Part shown: positions 39,093 to 44,862 of the stretch, piece by piece
How the letters are laid out: the number at the start of each line of letters is the position of its first letter
How positions within the stretch are numbered: the first letter of the stretch is position 1
Assembly (NCBI GenBank): GCA_026706755.1
Contig: JAPOYG010000102.1
Coordinates: 1 to 44,862, forward strand
Direction of reading: 5' to 3'
From: Acidobacteriota bacterium
GTDB taxonomy: Bacteria > Acidobacteriota > Vicinamibacteria > Vicinamibacterales > UBA8438
DNA: 44,862 bases
Translations under genes and position numbers: made by a program
The notes under the pieces: generated by a model
Database searches by the model: none
What the model saw: only the letters and a program-made list of their open reading frames with translations
What the model was told of the DNA's origin: nothing

Positions 39093-39293
39093 ATGACCAA
39101 GTTCCTGCTCTGGTGCATCCTGCTCGTCCTGTGCTGGCCGCTCGCCCTGCTGGCCATCGTCCTGTATCCCGTCGTCTGGCTGTTGCTGCTTCCGTTCCGG
39201 CTCCTCGGCATCGCCGTGGGCGGCGTGCTGGAGCTGGTCGGGGCCGTCGTGCGGTTCCCGGCGCGCGTGCTCCGGGGACCGGGCGCGGCGTGA
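39093..39293 (+). CDS. Small hydrophobic membrane protein (66 aa)
   Basis: ATG after AGGGAG with TACTAT upstream (39070-39075). MTKFLLWCILLVLCWPLALLAIVLYPVVWLLLLPFRLLG... Confidence 0.7.
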   Translation: MTKFLLWCILLVLCWPLALLAIVLYPVVWLLLLPFRLLGIAVGGVLELVGAVVRFPARVLRGPGAA

Positions 39294-39301
39294 GAAAGCC
39301 A

Positions 39302-39330
39302 TTGAGGTCCGCCGCCGCACCTGCTAGGAT
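39302..39330 (+). promoter_or_regulatory. Sigma70 promoter for the monooxygenase-like gene
   Basis: TTGAGG-17 nt-TAGGAT with an extended TG motif. Confidence 0.55.
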
Positions 39331-39381
39331 TCCACGGGTACGCGTGTGTTCCGTAGTCCCGGGAGCAGCGAGAGGGATGAC

Positions 39382-40905
39382 ATGACAACGACGCAGCACG
39401 ATCGGCGGCGGTCGACGGCGGCGCGGGCGGTCCTGGCCCTCGCGGCGGCTGTCGCGGTCATGGCGGCACTGCCCGCGGCGGGGCAGGTACTCGAGTCCGA
39501 CCGGGTCGCCCACGAGGTGACCTTCACGAAGGACATCGCGCCGATCCTGCAGCGGAGCTGCCAGAAGTGCCACCAGCCCGACGCTCTGGCGCCGATGTCG
39601 CTGATCGACTACGAAGAGGTGCGTCCCTGGGCGCGGGCGATGAAGTACCGCACCGGGCTGCGGGACAAGATGGGCGTGATGCCGCCCTGGTACATCGAGA
39701 AGGACATCGGCATTCAGGACTTCAAGAACGACCCGTCGCTGACGGAGGAGGAGATCGAGAAGATCGCCGCCTGGGCCGACAACGGAGCGCCGCTCGGCAA
39801 CCCGGCCGACATGCCGCCGCCCGTCGCGTTCATCGACGTCGACGAGTGGGAGATCGGCCAGCCCGACCTCATCGTGTCGTCTCCGAGCGTGGAGGTGCAG
39901 CCGGACGCGCCCGACTGGTGGGGCGCCGTTGCCGACGTCGAGACCGGCCTCCAGGAAGACCGCTACGTCTCCGCGATCGAGTTCAAGGAAATCACCGAGT
40001 CGCGCGTCGGGGAGGGCCGGCAGACGGTCGGCGGGCGCTTCGTCTTCCACCATGCGGTGATCCGCGTCGTCGGTCCCGACTTCGACGACGAGGACCCGCT
40101 GGCGGCCGCCGGGCTCTCGAGCTGGCCGGTCCACGAGGTGGGACGGAACGCCGACGTCTTCGATCCGAAGGCCGGCAAGGAGATGGTCGCCAACTCGAAG
40201 ATCACGTTCCCCTCGCTGCACCTCCACGCGAACGGCGCCGCCACCCGGGCGCACCTCGACATCGCCTTCAAGTTCCACCCCCGGGACTATGAGCCGGAGG
40301 TGGACCAGAGGCTGATCGCCTTCGGCAACGGCGTCGACCTCGACGTCGAGGCGGAGCATCCGAACCAGACGATGGAGTCGTACTTCGTGCTGCCGGACCA
40401 TGCGCGGATCGCGGTCTTCGAGCCGCACATGCACGCGCCCGGCGTGCGGATGTGCCTGGAGGCCATCTACGGCACGACGATCGAGACGCTCAACTGCTCG
40501 GGCTACGACCACAGCTGGGTCCGCGTCTACACCTACGAGGACCACGCGATGCCCTTGCTCCCGAAGGGCACCATCCTGCACATCACCGGCTGGTTCAACA
40601 ACTCGGCGTCGAACCCCAACGTTCCCGATCCGCGGAACTGGTCGGGCGGCGGCAACCGCTCCGTCGATCAGATGTTCATCAACATCATGCAGGGCAGCTA
40701 TCTCGATGATGACGAGTTCAAGGCGGCCCTGGCGGAGCGGGAACGCGTGCTCGACCTGACGCCGGGCGAGCGCGTGATCGGCTGTCCGCTCTGCGGCGTC
40801 GAGGACCCGCTCAACGAGGAAGCGGCGGCCGCGGAGGCGGCGGCCGAGGCGGAAGCCGAAGCGGCGGCGGCCGAGGCGGCTGAGGCGGCAGGCGCCGGCC
40901 AGTAG
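39382..40905 (+). CDS. Secreted cytochrome c / copper type II (PHM/DBH-like) monooxygenase fusion protein
   Basis: Signal peptide, CQKCH heme motif and MPPW. Candidate Cu ligands HH (40048), HLH (40219), HMH (40426) and DQM (40672). Ala/Glu tail. Confidence 0.75.
   Translation: MTTTQHDRRRSTAARAVLALAAAVAVMAALPAAGQVLESDRVAHEVTFTKDIAPILQRSCQKCHQPDALAPMSLIDYEEVRPWARAMKYRTGLRDKMGVMPPWYIEKDIGIQDFKNDPSLTEEEIEKIAAWADNGAPLGNPADMPPPVAFIDVDEWEIGQPDLIVSSPSVEVQPDAPDWWGAVADVETGLQEDRYVSAIEFKEITESRVGEGRQTVGGRFVFHHAVIRVVGPDFDDEDPLAAAGLSSWPVHEVGRNADVFDPKAGKEMVANSKITFPSLHLHANGAATRAHLDIAFKFHPRDYEPEVDQRLIAFGNGVDLDVEAEHPNQTMESYFVLPDHARIAVFEPHMHAPGVRMCLEAIYGTTIETLNCSGYDHSWVRVYTYEDHAMPLLPKGTILHITGWFNNSASNPNVPDPRNWSGGGNRSVDQMFINIMQGSYLDDDEFKAALAERERVLDLTPGERVIGCPLCGVEDPLNEEAAAAEAAAEAEAEAAAAEAAEAAGAGQ
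40816..40890 (+). repeat. Low-complexity Glu/Ala-coding repeat (GAG GCG GCG GCC-like)
   Basis: Encodes EEAAAAEAAAEAEAEAAAAEAAEAA at the C-terminus. Confidence 0.7.
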
Positions 40906-41015
40906 CCCGCGCAGCCGGCCGGGCGTTCCGGCGTTCCGAGAATCCCGATCGCGACGGGGCCGCGGCCAGGGCCGTGGCCCCGTCGCACGTTGTCGTACAC
41001 CATGGAGGGTCGGCC

Positions 41016-41948
41016 ATGAACGAACCGCGCACTCGCTGGCTGACGTCGCGGCTGGGCTGCGCGTTGCTCGTCGCGTCGGCGATCGTCGTCGGGACCGTTC
41101 TGGAGAGCGGCGCCCAGGAGCCCCGCAAGATGCGGGAGTCGTTCGCGACGGGCCAGGAGGTAGTGCCCGCGTACGAAGGTTGGGAGCCGAACCCCGACGG
41201 ATCCTTCAACCTCGTCTTCGGCTACTTCAACCGGAACTGGGAAGAGGAGATCGACATCCCGCCCGGTCCGAACAACCGGCTCGATCCGGGCGGCCCGGAT
41301 CTGGGGCAGCCGACGCGCTTCCTGCCCCGCCGCAACCGCTTCCTGTTCAAGGTGCACGTGCCGGCGGACTTCGGCGACGACGAGGTGGTATGGACGCTGA
41401 CGAGCCCCAACGGCGAGACGAAGCGGGCCTACGGCACGCTGCATCCCGACTACTTCATCGACAACAGCGTGCTCATGGCGAACAACGGCGGGGGCGCGTC
41501 CGGCGAAATCTACAAGAACCAGACGCCGGACCTCCTGCTCGTCGGGGAGACGAAGCGCAAGGTCGAGGCCGGGCAATGGGTGACCCTCTCCGCCTACGCG
41601 AGCGATGACGAGTTGCCGAGGCCGCGAGCGATGCGTCGCTTCGATCCGACGAAGCCGCCGGTCAACGTGACGCCGAACGCGGCTACCGGGCTCCGCCTGT
41701 CGTGGTTCGTCTACCGCGGCGGCCCCGGCGAGGTGCGCTTCAATCCGCCGCAGTACAAGGCGTGGGAAGACACGCGGAACAACGCCGACTCGCCGTTCTC
41801 TCCCGGATGGAAGACGCCCGAGGCGCCCCCGATGGGCAAGTGGGTGGTGCAGGCGCGGTTCAGCGAGCCGGGGACGTACATCCTGCGCTGCCTCGCCCAC
41901 GACGGCGGGCTGATGGCGCACGAGGACGTGACCTTCGTCGTCGAATAG
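41016..41948 (+). CDS. Secreted hypothetical protein with C-terminal PKD/Ig-like domain
   Basis: ATG after GGAGGG, signal peptide, YEGWEPNPDGSFNLVFGYFNRN, C-terminal FSEPGTYILRCLAHDG...VTFVVE. Confidence 0.8.
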   Translation: MNEPRTRWLTSRLGCALLVASAIVVGTVLESGAQEPRKMRESFATGQEVVPAYEGWEPNPDGSFNLVFGYFNRNWEEEIDIPPGPNNRLDPGGPDLGQPTRFLPRRNRFLFKVHVPADFGDDEVVWTLTSPNGETKRAYGTLHPDYFIDNSVLMANNGGGASGEIYKNQTPDLLLVGETKRKVEAGQWVTLSAYASDDELPRPRAMRRFDPTKPPVNVTPNAATGLRLSWFVYRGGPGEVRFNPPQYKAWEDTRNNADSPFSPGWKTPEAPPMGKWVVQARFSEPGTYILRCLAHDGGLMAHEDVTFVVE

Positions 41949-41973
41949 CCCCACCGGACCGGTCTCAATCTCC

Positions 41974-42015
41974 CGACCCCCGTTGCGCCGCGCGCGCAGC
42001 GGGGGTCGTGTTCTT
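41974..42015 (+). terminator. Intrinsic terminator after the monooxygenase-partner unit
   Basis: 15-bp stem CGACCCCCGTTGCGC / GCGCAGCGGGGGTCG (one G-U pair), 5-nt loop, followed by TGTTCTT. Lies between convergent genes. Confidence 0.7.
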
Positions 42016-42170
42016 CCGCGGTCCACCGCGCCCCCTGGCGAACGCCCGCGGGGCCTCGGCGGCAGCCTCTGGATCGGTCGCTGTCGACGGGGCCCGTGCC
42101 TTCAGGCCTTTGCAGGGCCGCTGCAGGGCCGGTTGCCCGCCGGCTCGACGACCGGCGAAGCCCCGCGAGG

Positions 42171-44096
42171 CTACACGTCCAGATCCAGCGCGTCGTCGGC
42201 CCGTTCCATGATGAAGCGGAAGCGGGCGGAGGCGTCCCGGCCCATGAGATCGGCGATGACCCGATCGGTCTTCAGCCCGTCCTCGATCGCGACGCGCAGC
42301 AGCCGTCGCGTGGCCGGGTTGAGCGTCGTTTCCCAGAGCACGCGCGGCATCATCTCCCCGAGTCCCTTGAAGCGGGTGATCTGAGGTCTGGCGCCACGCC
42401 CGTTCGCCGACCTCGCCTGCGCGAGCAGCCGGTCGCGGTGCGCGTCGTCGACCGCCCAGTGCGTCTCCTTGCCGATGTCGACCCGATAGAGCGGGGGCTG
42501 GGCGAGAAAGACCTTGCCGTTCGTCACGAGGGCCGGGAGGAAGCGGTAGAAGAACGTGAGCAGCAGGGTGGCGATGTGGTGGCCGTCCGAGTCGGCGTCC
42601 GCGAGGATGATGACACGGTCGTAGCGCAACCTGCCGAGATCGAACGACTTCCCGAAGCCGCAGCCGAGCGCGGTGACGACGTCGGAGAGCTCCTTGTTGG
42701 CGAGCACCTTGGACACCGGTGCGCTCTCGACGTTCAGCACCTTGCCGCGGAGCGGCAGGATCGCCTGCCGGGTGCGGTCGCGCCCCTGCTTGGCGGAGCC
42801 GCCCGCCGAGTCCCCCTCGACGATGAAGAGCTCCGTCTCCTCCCGCGCGCTCCCCGTGCAGTCGCTCAGCTTGCCGGGCAGGTTGAGGCGCCTCGACGCC
42901 GCGCTCTTGCGCGTGACGCTCTCCTGCGCGGCGCGGCTCGCGGCCCGGGCGCGGGCGGCGAGAACGATCCGGGCGACGATCGCCTCGGCGACGCTGGGAT
43001 TGTGGTTCAGCCAGTGCTCGAGCGCGGGGCGGACCGCGGCGTCGAGCGCCTGGGTCAGCTCGGGGTTGTTCAGCCGATCCTTGGTCTGGCCCTGGAACTG
43101 CGGCTCCGGCACGAAGATGCTGATGACGCCGGTCAGTCCCTCCCGGATGTCGTCGGCGGTCAGGGTCACGCCCTTCGGCGTCAGGCCGTGCGTGTCGATG
43201 AAGTTGCGCATCGCCTTGCCGAGGCCGGCCCGCACGCCGGCCTCGTGCGTGCCTCCCGAGCCCGTCGGGATCCCGTTGACGTAGCTCCGCACGTGCTCGT
43301 CGGTGGACTCCGTCCACTGCAGGACCACCCCGAAGCGCGACCCCGATTCCGCATGCTCCCGGGCCAGGAGGAACGCCGCGTCGTGGACCGGCGCGGCTTC
43401 CCGTTCCGCGACGATCCGGGCGAGGTAGTCGGTCAGTCCCTCGTCGTGCCGGAAGACCTCGCGAGCCCCCGCTGTCTCGTCCTCGAACACGAACTCGACG
43501 CCGCCGTGCACGTAGCTGGCGACCTCGAGCCGCTCGCGCACGAGGCCCGCGTCGAACGCGGTCCGGGGAAAGATGCGCGGATCGGGGTGGAAACGGATCG
43601 TGGTGCCCGAGCCGCGGGCCGGCCGCAGGCGCCGGAGCGGCGCGACGGGCTTGCCGCGCCGGAAGGTCTGCTGCCAGAGGAAGCCGTCCCGTCTGGAGAT
43701 CGCCACGAGCTCCTGCGACAACGCGTTGACGACGCTCGCGCCAACCCCGTGCAGGCCGCCCGCCGTCCGATAGGTCCGGTTCTCGAACTTGCCGCCGGCG
43801 TGCAGCGTCGTGAAGATGACCTCGAGGGCGCTCGCGCCGTTCGTCGGATGCCGGTCGACCGGCACGCCTCGCCCGTCGTCGCTGACGGTCACCGACGACC
43901 CGTCGGCGTGCAGCGTGACCCGCACGTGCGAAGCGTGGCCGTTCATCGCCTCGTCCACCGCGTTGTCGAGGATCTCCCAGACCAGGTGATGGAGCCCCGG
44001 CGACCCGACGCCCCCGATGTACATGCCGGGGCGCTTGCGCACGGGCTCGAGACCCTCGAGGACCGTGATGTCCTTCGCCGTGTAGGACTGCGCCAT
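42171..44096 (-). CDS. parE: Type IIA topoisomerase subunit B (ParE-like)
   Basis: YTAKDITVLEGLEPVRKRPGMYIG, EILDNAVDE, GGLHGVGASVVNALS, VEGDSAGGSAK, PLRGKVLN, DADSDG, RFKGLGEM. ParE versus GyrB cannot be settled without phylogeny. Confidence 0.8.
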   Translation of the reverse strand: MAQSYTAKDITVLEGLEPVRKRPGMYIGGVGSPGLHHLVWEILDNAVDEAMNGHASHVRVTLHADGSSVTVSDDGRGVPVDRHPTNGASALEVIFTTLHAGGKFENRTYRTAGGLHGVGASVVNALSQELVAISRRDGFLWQQTFRRGKPVAPLRRLRPARGSGTTIRFHPDPRIFPRTAFDAGLVRERLEVASYVHGGVEFVFEDETAGAREVFRHDEGLTDYLARIVAEREAAPVHDAAFLLAREHAESGSRFGVVLQWTESTDEHVRSYVNGIPTGSGGTHEAGVRAGLGKAMRNFIDTHGLTPKGVTLTADDIREGLTGVISIFVPEPQFQGQTKDRLNNPELTQALDAAVRPALEHWLNHNPSVAEAIVARIVLAARARAASRAAQESVTRKSAASRRLNLPGKLSDCTGSAREETELFIVEGDSAGGSAKQGRDRTRQAILPLRGKVLNVESAPVSKVLANKELSDVVTALGCGFGKSFDLGRLRYDRVIILADADSDGHHIATLLLTFFYRFLPALVTNGKVFLAQPPLYRVDIGKETHWAVDDAHRDRLLAQARSANGRGARPQITRFKGLGEMMPRVLWETTLNPATRRLLRVAIEDGLKTDRVIADLMGRDASARFRFIMERADDALDLDV

Positions 44097-44197
44097 GCCG
44101 TTCGTTCCGCGGCCTGGGCTGGGCTCCGAGGCCTTCACCGTCGCGGCTCCCCGCCTGGATGACAGGACCCGCGAGAACGCCTTGAGGATGGAACCTC

Positions 44198-44206
44198 AGT
44201 CTAGCA
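44198..44206 (-). promoter_or_regulatory. Extended -10 promoter upstream of the parE-like gene
   Basis: Minus strand TGCTAGACT, about 100 nt upstream of the ATG. Confidence 0.45.
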
Positions 44207-44265
44207 TGGCCGCCATCCGATCTGCTGCGGCGTCCCCCCGGATCGGCCGCGGAACGCGTCCGCGG

Positions 44266-44862
44266 TCACGGCTGGTAGCGCTGCAGTTCCTGACGGACGA
44301 GCGGCGCCATCAGGTACAGCCCCACCAGGTTCGGTATCGCGACCACGAAGACGAGCGCGTCGGAGAGGTCGACCACCGCGCCGAGGTCGACGCTGGCTCC
44401 GATGACGACGAAGACGCAGAAGAACAGCTTGAAGCCGAGGTCCTGTGCGCGGCCCTCGCCGACGAGGTAGGTGAAGGCCTTGAGCCCGTAGTAGGCCCAG
44501 GCGATCATCGTGGAGAAGGCGAACAGCATGGCGGCGACGCCGAGGGGAGCCGCCGACCACGACAGCGTGGAGGTGAACGCGCGCGTGGTCAGCTCGATGC
44601 CGTTCACCCCCGCCCCGGCGAGGGCCGGGTCGTACACCGTCGTGATGATGACGAGCGCGGTCATCGTGCAGATGACGACGGTGTCGAGGAACGGCTCGAT
44701 CAGGCCGACGTAGCCTTCGCTGACGGGCCGCGCGGTGCGCGCCGTGGCGTGCGCGATGGCCGCGCTCCCGAGGCCCGCCTCGTTCGAGAAGGCGGCGCGC
44801 CGGAAGCCGATCACCAGGGCGCCGAGCGCGCCGCCGGCGATGCCCTCGGGTGCGAACGCCCC
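44266..44862 (-). CDS. Alanine/glycine:cation symporter (AGCS family), 5' part outside window
   Basis: Frame is open to the window end. GFRRAAFSNEAGLGSAAIAHA, EPFLDTVVICTMTAL, LFAFSTMIAWAYYG, IPNLVGL. Confidence 0.93.
   Translation of the reverse strand, partial: GAFAPEGIAGGALGALVIGFRRAAFSNEAGLGSAAIAHATARTARPVSEGYVGLIEPFLDTVVICTMTALVIITTVYDPALAGAGVNGIELTTRAFTSTLSWSAAPLGVAAMLFAFSTMIAWAYYGLKAFTYLVGEGRAQDLGFKLFFCVFVVIGASVDLGAVVDLSDALVFVVAIPNLVGLYLMAPLVRQELQRYQP

Noticed and set aside
42111-42131. Short direct repeat TGCAGGGCCG x2 in the intergenic region after parE
   Set aside because: Two copies only, with no spacers, cas or transposase genes. Not a CRISPR array or IS end.

Overview
High-GC bacterial chromosomal window of mostly core genes. 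The gene order and protein style suggest Acidobacteriota (Vicinamibacteria-like); that assignment is inference only. The plus strand runs: lysS (5'-truncated), lolC/E, lolD, clpC, bamA, skp, a fabZ-lpxA fusion, lpxI and a GnnA-like oxidoreductase. Next comes a futalosine (menaquinone) cluster: an MqnE-like protein that has lost its Fe-S motif, mqnA, mqnC, a deaminase, ubiA, ubiX and ubiE/menG. It continues with a TonB-family gene, a 31-aa membrane ORF, miaA, hfq, dGTPase, yceD, rpmF, fabD, fabG, acpP and fabF, the last translationally coupled to etfB-etfA-ETF:QO, then a DUF374 acyltransferase, an HDAC-family gene and leuS-lptE-holA. The window ends with rpsT (-), htpG, two small hypothetical genes, a secreted cytochrome c / PHM-type copper monooxygenase fusion with a secreted partner, a stand-alone type IIA topoisomerase B subunit (-) and a truncated AGCS symporter (-). 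No rRNA, tRNA, CRISPR array or mobile element was seen. The most notable findings are the intact but radical-SAM-dead MqnE homolog, the heme c-Cu monooxygenase two-gene unit, the FabZ-LpxA fusion, an Hfq with a rebuilt distal face, and a fatty-acid synthesis operon lacking plsX/fabH but coupled to ETF genes.
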